A stretch of DNA of 64,000 bases from Carcharhinus amblyrhynchos (lineage: Eukaryota). Made by a program: the position numbers and the translations under genes. The DNA is taken from NCBI GenBank assembly GCA_965287045.1, contig OZ336878.1:104532001-104596000 (forward strand). The letters run 5' to 3'. Shown piece after piece: positions 39,250-52,169 of this stretch; position 1 is the stretch's first letter; the number at the start of each line of letters is the position of its first letter. The notes beneath the pieces are model-generated. The model made no database searches. It was not told the DNA's origin and worked only from the letters and a program-made list of their open reading frames with translations.

Positions 39250-39583
39250 GGGCAACACGACAGCTCAGTGACTATTATTGTTTGCTGCGCAGACACATGG
39301 ATTTGGGCCAGTGTCTGTGGGAGTTTGCGGATTCTCCTCGTGCTTGCGTGGGTTTTCTCCGGGTGCTCCGGCTTCCTCCCATACCCCAAAGATGTGTTAT
39401 TAGGCTGATTGGAGGTAATAAATTGTCCCTAAATTAGTTGCCCTCAATGTATAATGCCATAAGCATAGATAAGGGTCATGGGTGGAGGGGGGACTGGTGA
39501 TGTTAAAATGGCGGCGCGGGCTCGTTGGGCCGAAGGGCCTGTTTCCCGGGCTGTTTTTGTTCTTTGTTCTTTGCCTTGTTGTT
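39250..39583 (+). mobile_element. V-SINE (HE1-like) with degenerate head and CR1-type tail
   Basis: GGGCAACACGACAGCTCAGTG head remnant, GCGTGGGTTTTCTCCGGGTGCTCCGGCTTCCTCCCA V domain, GGGCCGAAGGGCCTGTTTCC and (TTCTTTG)n tail. Confidence 0.85.
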
Positions 39584-41115
39584 CTGACAGAATGCACCCC
39601 AGGGTAATAAAAGTGTTGATGGGGGAAATAGCAAATGTGCCCTGTTAACTTATTAAAATTCGCTGGACTCCAGCAGATTTGAACGCAAATGTGGCATCAC
39701 TGTTTTTAAAAACGGAGGTAGAAAAATGTTGGGTAACTATAGGCCGGTTAGCTTAACTTCTGTAGTGGGGAAATTGCATGTGGCTATCATCAAGGACGTA
39801 ATATAGAGACATCGGGATAGAAAGTGTCCAATTGGCATGTGCTCATGAAAGGCAGGACGTGTGTCATTAATATACTGGGATATTTTGAAGACATGATGAG
39901 CACGATGGACAATGGGGAACCGGTGGATATGGTGCATCTGGATTTCCAGAAGACAGTCGATAAGCCACCGCACCAAAAACTGCTGCAACAGATAAAGGTA
40001 CAAGGTGTTATGAGAAATGTATTAGCATGGATAGAGGATTGGTTAACAATCAGAAAGCAAAAATTGGAGATAAATGTTTTTTTTCTGGTTGGCAAACAAT
40101 GATTTGTGGTGTATCTCAGGGATCAGTGCTGGCATCACAATTGTTTACAGTTTACACGGATTATTTGGAATTGAGGACGTGTAGTGTGTCCATGTTTGCA
40201 GATGACACTAAGCTGACTGTTAGAGCAAAATGTTCAAAGAATAGCGAAAGTCTGAAAAGAGGCATAGATAGTTCGTGAATGGGCAATGTTCCAACAGATG
40301 GAGTACAACGTTGCTAAATGTGAGGTCATCCATTTTGGGACGAATAACACCAAAATAGACTGTTATTTAAATAGCAAAAATGCGGCATTCTACTGTGCCG
40401 AGGGTGCTGGGTTTCCTTGTACATGAATTGCAAAAAACTTGTTTCCACGTCCTTCACGTAATTAAAAAAGGCAAACGGAATTTTGTCTTTCATTGTTTGA
40501 GGGTTGGAGTTAAAAATGAGGCTATGGTGCAGCTCTACAAGCTGCTGGTAAAGGCATAAGCACCTTGCTGTGTACAGTTTGGTCTCATTGATCGAAAAGT
40601 GACACATTGGCATTGGAGGTGCTGCAGAGGAGATTGACGAGGTTGATCCCGAATTTGAGAGGGTTGGCGTATGAGCGGAGACTGAGTAGACTGGGTTATA
40701 TTCATTGAAATTCAGCAGATAAAGGGGGGTCTTATAGAAAGAAAAATGAATATGAGGGAGTAACAAGATAGAAGCAGGGACGTTTTTTTTCCACTGGCGG
40801 CTAAAAAATAGAAGACGCAAGTCATAGCCTCAAAATAAGGGGGACCAGATTTAGGACAAAGTTGAAGAACCTCTTCGCCTACAAACTTGTGAATGTGTAC
40901 AATTCCCTGCCCAGTGAAGCAGTTGAGGTTATCTGTTTGAATGTTATTAAGGCAAAGATAGTTAGAATTTTCAATAGTAAAGGAATTAATATTCATGGTG
41001 AGTGGGCGGGTAACTGGAGCTGACTCCACGAAAAGATCAGCCATGATCTCAATGAGCAGCAGAACCTGGTAAAGGGGGCAGAAGGCCTTATCCTGCTCCT
41101 ATGTTCTTAGGTTCC
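39584..41115 (+). mobile_element. Decayed CR1 LINE (RT to 3' tail)
   Basis: GNYRPVSLTSVVGK, VDMVHLDFQK, GVSQGSVL, SMFADDTKL. 3'UTR GATCAGCCATGATCTCAATG and CCTGCTCCTATGTTCTTAGG tail. Confidence 0.93.
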
Positions 41116-41169
41116 AATGATAGCATTTGGGCAAACGATGAGATTTGAAGTTATTAGAAGTCTAATGAT

Positions 41170-41370
41170 GATCATGAAAACGGTGTCGATGGTTCCAAAG
41201 CAATCTGGTTCATTGATGTCCTTTCGTGGAAGGACGTATCTCATCCTTGTCTACTTTACATGTTATATCTATCCTCCGCAAAGTGTAATTGTAAAATAGC
41301 CTAACAAACCAAACAGTACAAGGGCAGCTTTTGAGTGGCAACAAATAATGGCCGAACGAAACCAAATGTC
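41170..41370 (+). mobile_element. Decayed shark SINE fragment (MetaSINE-type)
   Basis: CATGAAA..TGTCGAT..ATCTGGTTCATTGATGTCCTTT..GGAAGGA and a 3' AAGGGCA..GGCAACAAAT..TGGCC tail. Confidence 0.5.
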
Positions 41371-41377
41371 GCAAGTT

Positions 41378-42150
41378 CATAAGACAAGGGGTTTGTAAGG
41401 TTCAGGAGCAGAATTCGCCCATTCGGCCCATAGATTTGTTTCTGCCATTTGATCATGGCTGATATGCACTTCATGCCCATTTTCCTGCCTTCTCCCCATG
41501 ACCCTTCAACCCATTCAGAATTACAATTCTCTCTATCTCCGTGTTAAATTTACTCTCTGTTCCACAATCTACCTGAATTTGGGGTAGCCAAGTATTCAAA
41601 AATCTTTGGAAGAAGTGGTTTTCCCTCAACTTTGTTTAAAATTTGCTATCTCTTATCCTAACACTATGGTCTCCTGTCGTAGAATGTCCCAGAAGAGGAA
41701 GCTTCCTTTTTTATCTATACTTTGTACCATCTTATATACACCAATTTCATCTCCCCTCATTCTTCTAAATTTAGACAGTATAGGCCTGAACTGTTTACTG
41801 TCTCTTCACATGGCAATCTCCTCATCTCCGGAATCAATCTAGTGTCCCTCCTCTGAACGCTCTCCAATGACACTAATATTTCCTCAAATAACGGGACCAA
41901 AACAATACTCCAGGCGCGGTCACAGCGTGCCTTGTATAGTTGCAACAATGCTTCCTTGCCTTTATATTCTATTAGTTTCGATATAACTGCCAACCTCCCA
42001 TTCGCTTTCTTTGTTATCTGGTGTAACTGCACGACAGTTTTCTGTGACTCACGACGAGGACACCGAAACCCCTCTGCATCAGAACACTCCAAAGTTTCTG
42101 CCCATTTAGATAATAACTCACCTTCCCGTTTTTTTCCGAGCAAAATGCAA
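41378..42150 (-). mobile_element. CR1 LINE 3' fragment
   Basis: ORF 41757-42158 contains KKANGRLAVISKLIEYKGKEALLQLYKA and LESVQRRDTRLIPEMR. CR1 3'UTR antisense at 41400-41520. Confidence 0.9.
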
Positions 42151-43837
42151 CAGAACAAATCATTACTTTGTTTCTGCTTTTCGAGTTGCTGTCTTATTTA
42201 GTAATTCGCAAATTCTCTACTGCATAAAGCAGTTGGACTTGGAAATTTATATTGCTTAGGCTCTGTTGGAGAGACTTTTCATCTGCTGGAAGGTGAAAAG
42301 CTGTGGGGGCTGACACAACCGTTGCCTTATTGGATTCTACGTTGATTTTTTATTCAGGTGGGTTCACGCCATTGACCTGAAAATTTGTGTCAGAAGAGCG
42401 GTTCTGCTTATGGATGATTTGTACACCGGAAAATTAGATGGCATTAATGTTACAGCCGATGAAATATTGATAATAATAATTTTGCACAATGCGGCAGTTC
42501 TTGAAGCCTCATTCACATCCTTCCCGTGAGCTGGAAAACTAACTTTATCGCTAGCAAAATTCATCGGTGTGAATGCAACTAACAGGAACAAGTTTGAAAT
42601 AAAAACAACGATGGGTGACATTGTTATGGATTAGCTCAATTATCTTCAAACATTAATGTTGCGTGGTGATACATCATAGACGAATTAAAAATTATTAGAC
42701 GTATGAATCGCTGCAATTATATTCTAAATCATTGGCAAATTGACGAGTACACACAGCAGCTTTCCACAACCGTTAATAAATCTAAAGATCCCGTGCTCTT
42801 GAAGCATGGGTACTACAAACCACTTTGCACACACTTGTACATTGAAGAAAAGAACGCAGTGTTAATTAGATTTGAGCAGCATATGATGTACTCAATGGAA
42901 TTTTTACGGGCATAGCAGAGTCGCAGCAAAGTTACATAAAATTCTCATGAAACTAGGTTATATGTTGTTGTCTATCAACTGCGAGATACCACTGCATTTC
43001 TTATTTCTATATGAAACTTATAATCTATGACCATGATCTTAAAATTGTCTGCGTCATTATCGGTTAATGCTAACCTCTGGATGCACGCAGATCTCTAATT
43101 TCTGTGGATTCGTAATTTAAAAGAAAGTCTGTTACAAAACGTCCAGCTACAATCCACCATCTGCAATAAAACAATTGTTTTCTTGTATACTTAAAATTCT
43201 TGAACGCATACCTGCCCTCAATTTAGCTATTCTGACATCTATATGATAAAGAATCCCATTGTTAATGAGTGGCAATTCTTCATAACCAGGAAATCAACTG
43301 AACAAGTAATTTATGCATTGTGCTTCATTTCAAGAAAACGCAACACTGAGGGATAGCTATTCACTTGTTCATGTCCCACAGCAATCAATTGGCAATTGAT
43401 AGCCCACTTGTATGGGTTGATATGAAGCGAAACTGCATGTTTACTGCCCCCGGTACATTTCCTATGGCAAAGCCCCGACCAGACTTATCCATATTGCCAA
43501 TCGATACGTATGATGCAGTTCAACTGTCTCAGACATTTGATAAGCATGCAATCAATCAGGATGAGTTGAAGATAAATGGCTTTGCCAGCGAGTCTTTATC
43601 TTTAGGCAATTTCAGTAGCTTTTTAATAGAACCTTCATTAATACAGTTGTAAGCTTTCATATCTGGAATGATAACCGTAGCTGAAATGAGCCAGTGCAGG
43701 TTGAAATCACGGACTTGTAGATATTATTTTGACCTGTAGATTGAAAACCTTGATCGTGCTGTTAGTAGTTGTGTCACCAAACGCATTATCATCGCTGGAC
43801 ATTCCTTGAACTAACGGCTAAGTTTGATTAATTGAAG

Positions 43838-43961
43838 CAGTACAAAGTCTCACAAAACCAGATTAAAGTCTAACAGGTTTGTTTGGTAGCACAAGCTTTC
43901 AGAGTGTTGCTCATTCATCAGGTAGAACTTTAACTTGGTGTTGTGAGATTTCTTACTGTGC
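43838..43961. mobile_element. Short Penelope-derived element with inverted ends
   Basis: AAGTCTCACAAAACCAGATTAAAGTCTAACAGGTTTG..AGCTTTCAGAG..CATCAGG, then ACTTTAACTTGGTGTTGTGAGATTTCTTACTG (inverted copy of the start). Confidence 0.65.
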
Positions 43962-44669
43962 CTACTAATCTATCGATTTGCAACATTCTTGATCGGAACT
44001 GTACTGGATTAAATAGTAAAACGGTTGTTGTATTGTACTACATGAGTTTCTTTCACATTAATTCGCTCAAACTCATAAAATATCCCATGTTATAATTGAA
44101 AAAAAAAATTATGGCATAGTCGTAACAGTGGCACTTGCTGAAGGAACAAATCTTTTTTTTTATTGCTCTGTCCGTTCATCCAACTTCAACAAGCAGTTGA
44201 AGTTCTTCACAATAACTCAATCTGCAGGTTAAATTTGGACGGTCTTGCTATAGTGTTGCTTCTGTATTGGTGCAAAATGAATTGAACTAACACATAAAGT
44301 GAAATAACGTATTTCTTATATTTTGTTAATTTACATTGTGATCTTAACGAATGTCTCTTTCTTAAACGTATGTCTATGGCGTCTATAACAATCAACACAA
44401 TTTTGGAAGACGGCAATTGTTCCACGTTAATAAAATAACTAAAGTTCATTTCATGTTTGGCACGATGCGAACATATGATATTGAGAACGTTGAAGTGTCT
44501 AATGGACAGTCAATTAAATCATATCAATTTCATAGATTGGACCAGCATTAAAATTATTTATGTTATATATATAAAACATGCAATAATAGTGGATGGTTAA
44601 ATGTTGAGTGTTACTACTGAAAAATGTTGATTGAGACGTTTCTTTTGTCCCGGAGATTACTGCTAATTT

Positions 44670-44925
44670 CATAGAATCCATAGAATCATATAATGCAGAA
44701 GAGGCACTTCAGCCAATCGCGTCTGCATCAGCATGCAATTACCTGACCTCCCACCTATTCCCATTTTTCAGCACTTGACTCAGAGCCTTGTATGTTATCA
44801 CGTAAATTGTTCTTCCAGATGCTTGCTGAAGGATATGAAGCAACCCGCATTTCTCAGCCTCCCACGCAGTGCCCTGCAGATGGTCGCAACACTGTGGTTA
44901 AAGCGTTTTTCTTCATATCCCCTCA
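44670..44925 (-). mobile_element. CR1 3' end
   Basis: CATAGAATCCATAGAATCATA tail, GAAGAGGCACTTCAGCC and antisense WNALP-equivalent block. Confidence 0.75.
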
Positions 44926-45049
44926 CATGCAATTACTTAAGATCATTTTTACAGGTTAGCTGCCATATTCAGGTTAACACAAACATTAGCTCAAGTCTAC
45001 TGATACTGAACATTTCAGGTATATGATGATATATTTGTTGCATGGGCTA

Positions 45050-47260
45050 TGTTTCAGCTTCAGCTCCGTTTTACAAGGTGCCCAGTTCTCTACCCAACAG
45101 GCTGCACCCTTTGTTGGTTGCAGGCTAATTCTTAAATTTGGGTATGGATGTGTTTGTTTTAATCTGAATTAACGTATTTTTGTTTGGTTTAGTATTTGCC
45201 TTGTTTTGTAGAGAGGAATTTCTATTCGATTTATTGGGATTCATGTGCTTAAGGGGAGAAGTTAAGCTTACAGGGAAAAACATACAGTTATTGCCAGGTG
45301 CTGAACAGTGATGTTCCGGATGAGCTAAGAGACATATTTTTCTCTCTGTCATTCTCTCAAGGGACTTTCCAGAGGCTTGAGGTCCGGCATCACATCAGGA
45401 AGCGCGTACGCCAATGCATTTCTATCTGATATTGAAGAGGAGTTTAAATTTGTACAAACCATATTGCGTGAATTAAACAATTATGGATTGTTCCGAAGTT
45501 AAGAACTGCATTATGTCATTTCTCGTTATGTCAATTGGTAAGACTTACGGACTATTTTCATAATCGTTTAACTATGTTGTTCAAAAATAAAGTTTATTTT
45601 GATTACAGCCCCGTGTGTCAACGGCTTCAGACCTTATCCTCAAACTTACACCAATATAGAAAATGAAAGCCTGAGTGGTACGTTAACAAAATTGAGGCAT
45701 TTTCCAAGATTACGAACTTCGCTTCCTTGTCTGGTTTGTGATTTTTGACATCAAAAACAATGGCTTTCAGTACTTTTTTTTGTTTTCTTTTCAGATGTTA
45801 TATTTAATTAGTTGCATGTGGGAAAATAACTTTCAATGGCTAAGATTTTGTTGGCTGCAGACGAGGTCACACGGAGTTGTTTTCAAAAGATTCTTAAAGG
45901 AAAGTTTTTGGAATTGGCAAACAAGATGCTGCCATCTATACCTGCTAGGCGCGACAAAGGCAGAGGTTAATTCCGTTACAGTTCAGCATCCTGGTTTGCC
46001 AGAAATATAGTCTGCATTGAAATTGTCTAAAATTCAGTTACAAACTTGAATTCGGAATAAACGGAAAATAATCAACTAGTCTAGTGGAACAAACAGAGAG
46101 AGAAAGTAACAAGAGCGAGAGAGGGAGACGGAGAGAGAGAAAATCATAGTGGAACAAAGGTAACATAATAAAGAAATTTGAGGAGGGAAATTAAATGAAT
46201 CAGTTTGAATTGCAAATATAAACAAACGAGGGGGAAAAAGGGGAACTGCTTGAGCTTCGGAAACTGGAGATGAAAAGCGAAAGACGACTTAAACTGGCTA
46301 ACTTAAAAGAACTAAGTAGTGGCGAGGGAAGTCAGGAAGAATGAATCCACCATAAACAAAGGCCAAGTTGGGAACTGCTTATAGAAGTTCAGGAGGTGCC
46401 AAGTCTTGCAAAGAAAGAGGTAGAAGGTTTTTTTTGTGTCAGTTGAGCAAGTAGCTAAACAAGTAAATTGTCACGGTATTCCTGGTTCAAAACGAGATCG
46501 GAGATAGAGCCAGTGAGTCGTCTTCCTCACGATAAGAGGAGGAATGTAGGGCTTTTGATCAGGTGAAAAACACAGTCTAAACTGAATATCAATTAGTGCC
46601 GAAAGGCCAAAAGTTTACGTACGTGAGCAATGAACAGAGTCAAAGCTTTTTAGAATTTGAAACCAAAGTAAATTTGACAAGTGGATAAAAACAATCAGGA
46701 TAGAACAGACATATGACAATCTGAGCGAAACTTTTATCCTGGAGGAGTTTGAAAATGTATTTCCTGAAGTAATAAGCACACACATTAAGGACACAGGGCT
46801 ACAATTGCGAGATTTGCAGGATCATTTGCAGATGTTAATCAGATATTTGTTAAATCCACATTTGAATTTCGAAATCAATTTACAAACTGCGAAGGATATA
46901 AACTGGGGAAAAGATAAATAAATCTCAGCTGGGGAAAGACATATACCTCAGGTTAAAAAGGAATAGGGTTGGAAGAGAAATGGAAAAAGACTGAGTTGTT
47001 TCGATTGTAATAAATTTGTGGCTCAAAAAATCCATTGGGATGACAACATTGTAAAACAAGATAAGCCAGTAGGCTTTGTGAAAACGACGAATGAAGCCAT
47101 GGTTGAAGCTGAAGTGCCAAGAATGTGCCACCTGTTCGGGGATTAGTTGATAAGCGATTACGAGACCTAATTGAACAAAAAACTTGTGTGGTTAAGGTTT
47201 ACTCCTGTGTAAAGGGAGGAGTAGACAAATAAGTTAATATTTTAAGAGATGCATGTGCAA
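45050..47260 (+). mobile_element. Decayed Gmr1-like Gypsy LTR retrotransposon: 5' LTR, PBS remnant and gag pseudogene
   Basis: LTR ends TTAACA at about 45688, then AATTGAGGCATTTTCCAAGAT (degenerate tRNA-Pro PBS, TGGGGGCTCGTCCGGGAT). 46380-46790 translates across disablements as EVEGFF..EQVAKQ..FDQVK..YQLVP..QKF..FDKWIK..TYDNLSETFILEEF, the SCAN-like capsid region. The left boundary is approximate. Confidence 0.8.
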
Positions 47261-47409
47261 CAGGAAGAGAAAATATGATTGTTCATGCTTCAGTACGGCT
47301 TTGATAAAATAAAAATAAATCCTCAACTTTGACAGAAAGAACACAACTGCACGATACTGCAGCTATATTTGCACGCTTAGATTTAACAAAATGTATGCAA
47401 ATTATAGCG

Positions 47410-48158
47410 TGTTACTGCTATGAACACTGAGCTTCGGAAAAGTGAAAGGAACTTTTCCTCGTGTTGTCTATTTGTCTTGGCACCAGACGGCTCACATGCT
47501 TAAAATGCAGGCTTATCATTGGCTTTAGCTTAGGATGAATTGGTTTTCACCTCAGGTTGTGTATGTTTGTTTTGTTTGTTTTTTGCCCTGGAGGTTAAGC
47601 GTAGATTTTTGATTGGGTAATTGGCAGAGTCAGATAATTAAGGGTAAGAGCTAAGTTTGCAGAAAATGCAGCCAGTTACTTCCGCATTTTGAAAGAAACA
47701 AGACGTCGTTCGTTCTCTCTCTCTCTGGTGTTTGGATCCGTTAGGAGACATAGTTCCCTTCCATGTCTCTTTCCTGAAGTGTTATGGATTTTCGAGAACA
47801 GGCAGCCGAAGCCGAACCAAGTAAGTCTGTGCGTTTTTGACTGATTTTGAAGAGGATTTTGGTCTCTAAGATGGACGATGCTTGAACTGGAGCTAGTAGA
47901 GACAGATCAGCTGTTAATAATTGAATCTTGTCATGCTTCCGTATTCTCATTGATAAAGGACAAACTGACTCATTTAATACAGGGAATCTGTATTGTTAAA
48001 TACATTTTGTATTGATAAAATACTTCCGAATCTGTCAGTGAAATGTCATTTGGGCGACAACACCACATCCTCACATTAATGCGAAAGTAGAAAGTCTACT
48101 GGTGGCTAGTCGGGCGTCATACTATACTTTCGGATTTCTGATTTGGTATCTTAAGACA
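47410..48158 (+). mobile_element. Gypsy-type LTR relic (related to the 45050-45688 LTR at its 3' end)
   Basis: Starts TGTTA. The 3' part (ATCCTCAC..TAGAAA..CTGATTTGGTATCTTAA) resembles the end of the upstream LTR (ATCCTCAA..TAGAAA..CTGAGTGGTACGTTAA). Confidence 0.5.
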
Positions 48159-48880
48159 AGAAGTAAACAGAAACATTTTTGTACAAGTAAACAGTTTTGC
48201 AAGTAACTTTTCTCCAACTTTTCTCTCTCAATCTACTAATATCGTTCGCAAATGTTCCTCTGTTGTTTTATCGGCACTGCTGATGCTTGTAAAGGAAGCA
48301 ACTTGGACTATACATATTAACTGCTATATTTAAAGTATGCAATACTCACTGTCAGATTTGCACTTCGCATCCAACTCTGAAGTTAATTATATAAAATGTG
48401 TGCATTGGGTTACAATTCATGTAAAACCACTCAAACCTACAGTGACATTTGGTAATTAACAAAACAAGAACGATTACATGTTTATTTCGCGACGTGTTTA
48501 CCTTCCTCTCTTTCAATCAGACTCTTCTCTAGAACAAATTAACACATTCACGGCTATTTAAGGCAGAATATAAAACGTTTCTCCTCCAACACGTGGGAAA
48601 ACGTTGAAACAGAGCTGCTATATACTGCAAAAAAGGCTTAATAACATTATTAAACATTCTCCATCCATACATTTAACGGAAAAAATAGTTTGCAATGACT
48701 GAATTGATATTATCTGACAAGTTGCCACGTGTGTAATTAGTGGAAAATGAACGCGTAACTTTGAAACACTATGGTATGATCAGCATAGCGGGCATGGCAC
48801 ATGGCAGCAAGTACACCAGCTTGGAAAGTTACGTCAATTATATGGGCTGTAAAGAGATCTTAACCCAAATTAGCTAAAAT

Positions 48881-49142
48881 CAGATCACTGATAGTTGAAG
48901 GATATAGAGTGAAAAATTGAGGCAAACTTTATTAAGCTTTCATGTCTTACGAGGCAGAATTAACTGTTCTTAAAAGTACCACTTGATTCATATATTGTCA
49001 AAATTTCATTTCTGTGCATGTCGTAAGCATCAACTTAAACTTTGCAGAAAAGAGAAACATGATAGCGATACTTTTCTATATTCATTCATTATTTCCCATG
49101 TATTAACGTCAAGTTCATACTATGAAAGATATGTATGCTGTG
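48881..49142. repeat. Diverged ~260-bp direct repeat, copy 1
   Basis: Anchors GATCACTGA, CATGTCTTA, TAAAAGTACCA, TTGTCAA, CTTAAAC.TTGCAGAAAA are colinear with 50757-51033. Confidence 0.8.
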
Positions 49143-49889
49143 GGAGAAAAGGTGCTGTCTGACAGTCAAGTCAACTCTGCATTGCCAGTCGTCAATTTCC
49201 ACTTAACGGCAAAGTATCTCAAAAATCTGAACAGCAGGTTCAACACGAGGATTCACATTCTTAACATGCATTGCTGAGCAAATGACATTTGCCATTAACA
49301 GGACGTGGCTTTCAGTTCAAAATGATGTTCAGGCAAACGCGTTTGTGCAATACATTGTATTAAGTACAGTGCCATTGTGGTAGGCGTGGGTCAGGACAAT
49401 TCACTGATTGTAATAAACAGAATGTTGCCCGTGCTCAACTGACCAGCCCTTCCAAGTGTTAAAAATATATATTTACTTTTAGATATGATTCCACAATGCG
49501 GCAGCACTATTATGTCTGCTAATCGCCACACGAACAAATTGTTTATGATTATCTGCATCATTATTTGGAGCATGTTTTCCGCAACCATAAATTCTGCTTC
49601 ATATTTTGCAATCACCTGTTTTTTGAAGAATGCTGCTTAAGGTCTTTAGTTCTGGAACGAACAATACAATCAGCAAAATTGATTAAGATAACCACTTTCT
49701 ATTGGCTGCAGATTTATGTTACAAGTCGTGGCAATTGGATTTTCCGATGTTAAGCTTTTGATTTGGTTGGTAGCTGCATGGACATTCTTACCATTATAAT
49801 ATAGAAATGAATTGTTTTCAAGATGGTGCATTGTTAAAGTACAAGCCAAAAGGTTTGTTTATACTCTGAATGGGTTTTGGTGAGCATGT

Positions 49890-50200
49890 TTTGGTTCGGA
49901 AGCGATGTCCTCTGGGGTAATTTCTCCCGTCCGTTCTGTCTGCTGTCGGTCAGAGACCAGACATATGGAAAGAAGGAAGTTTACGTCAGGTTGCTGCTGA
50001 ATTTGTGTGCGCGATGGGGGTGCGAGCTTGAAGTGGGAGAGTGCATGGGTAATCGAAAGTTTCGTAGGCCAGTCGAGTTGTGAATACAGTGTGGTGAAGG
50101 AATTAGTCTCGAGGAGAGATAGTAAGGCTGCATCGGGCTAGATTGGCGATTTTGTCCTGGAATTCAGTTGAGTTATCCTGGCTAATTGCTGAGTTAGAAC
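49890..50200 (-). mobile_element. Possible Penelope-like RT fragment
   Basis: G-rich block resembling shark Penelope antisense sequence. Weak recall-level similarity only. Confidence 0.3.
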
Positions 50201-50756
50201 TGTGGTTATCCAATGTAACATGACGTGGGTAATCAGCTGTGTTCCGCGCATTTCTCAGCTCACATGTGTTCGACACTCCAGTGGCTTCAGGAAGGCAACT
50301 TGACAATTGATTTACTGGATGATTTGGACCAGTATCTCACATTGTTCGCAGTTGATAAAATGTTAGTGGCTATTTGCATCAGGACCTGTTTATAGATTAA
50401 TTAGTTGCTTTGAATTTAAACAACGGTAGGACCGAATGTCACAGGATATGACAAATGCTTCGCGTTCTTCGAGGTTTGAGTCCACAAAATTCTAGTTAGT
50501 TTTGGCGCTGCAATTTTTGCAAGGCATCTGGGGCCTGTGCGAGTGGAAAAATCATTGTCATGGTAATTTAAACAAACACTTTGAAGGACCCTTTAACAGA
50601 AAGAAAAACTAAACCGGAAACGTGTTGGATTATTTCAAATAAAGATTTCACTATGCACAGCTAAGAATTTCGAAAGTGAAACCAATATTGAAATACAGGA
50701 CAGGGAACCCAAGTTCTCTGTTAATTGTTCAATAGGATGCTGATATTGTCTCAAGT

Positions 50757-51033
50757 CGGATCACTGAGAGTTGTGTAATCAAGCGTGTGAAATTCAGGCA
50801 ATGCAAGTGAAGCTCTACATGTCTTATGACGTAGAAGTAATGATAGTTACTTCTGGTAAAAGTACCAGTGGAGTTTGTTCATAAGTTGTCAACATTTCGT
50901 TTCTGTACATGTTGTGAACATAGCTTAAACATTGCAGAAAACAAAAGCATGTTGCCGAAGGTTTTAATGTTAAGTTCATTAGAACCCAAGTAATAAAGCC
51001 AAATTTTATACCATGACAGAATTGTGTTCTGTG
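50757..51033. repeat. Diverged ~270-bp direct repeat, copy 2
   Basis: See 48881-49142. Confidence 0.8.
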
Positions 51034-52169
51034 ACAGATTCATAAGGGCCCTTAATGTTAATGACTAGCTGGGCCATTTCAGACGTCAGTGACGAGTGAA
51101 CTGAACTGCATTGATTTTAGAGTCACATACAGACATGAAAAGGTTCGACTGATTTATTTTTGTAGGCTGATTAGTGACGTATATGTCTTCCAAGATGGCC
51201 ATAATTTCATGGTCATTATTGCTGAGGCTAGCGTTCAATTTTGGATATTATTAATTGAATCTCAAAGATGGAATTATTGTCATGTTCCCCGAGCGTTAGC
51301 CAGACTCTTTGGGTTACTAGTCAGATAAGATCGCCACCTCGTCACCACATTGCTAATGTCAAATTAAATCAAGTGTTCTGCCTTTTTAAAAACTGAGTAA
51401 TATTAGCTAACATTTGAAGAAAAATGTAGTCAAGTCTGATGAATGCATATTGACCGTGCCATAAGTGCTTATGCACGATCTATGGCTTCCCAGGACATTA
51501 ACTAAACAGCTTGACTGGAAAAGATAGGTCTTAACTTTTTTTTTACTTCTACTTGGGCATTTGCGTAAGTCCCGTAATTTAAATTTAGTCGACAGCTCAT
51601 CACATCAGCTTCTTTCTTCCGAAGTTCAACTGAACCTTTCGTGATTTCAAATATTTATGTCTAAAGTGATCTTCAATTAGAGCAATATTCTCACTATTAG
51701 CTTTGTAGCATAACCTCTGCGAATTCGTTATTTTGCAATGTAGCAAAACAAAACAGCGGCAATTGTTTAGGCGATTTTGAGCTCTCAGTGAGTAGCTTAA
51801 TTCATTACGATAGAAGCAAGTTATACCAAAACAGGGAGTGTTTCCCTCAAATAAAAGTGACCATATAATGGTACATTTTGACATCCCATACGAATACTTT
51901 GTGAAAATCCTGTAGAGTTTCGAACCGTTTATTTGTAAAAAAAAGTGACAAATCTATCCTCCATTCATTATCAGCTCTGGGATAGTCAAGAGTACCTTCT
52001 GTAGCTACAACATTAAATTTATAGATGGCAACCATTCTTATTTTCCAATACTTCGCGATTTCAATGCAAGCATAGTTTGTTTTTTTTCTGAACTCATCTC
52101 GTAATTTCTCATTTGCTGCTCCATTTCTCTCTCTGTCCCTTATGATTCTGTGCAGTTTCAAATTCCTCC

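Noticed and set aside
42358-42634. Exon-like frame after TTTTTTATTCAG (WVHAIDLKICVRR...)
   Set aside because: In-frame stop, no donor site, no recognisable homology.
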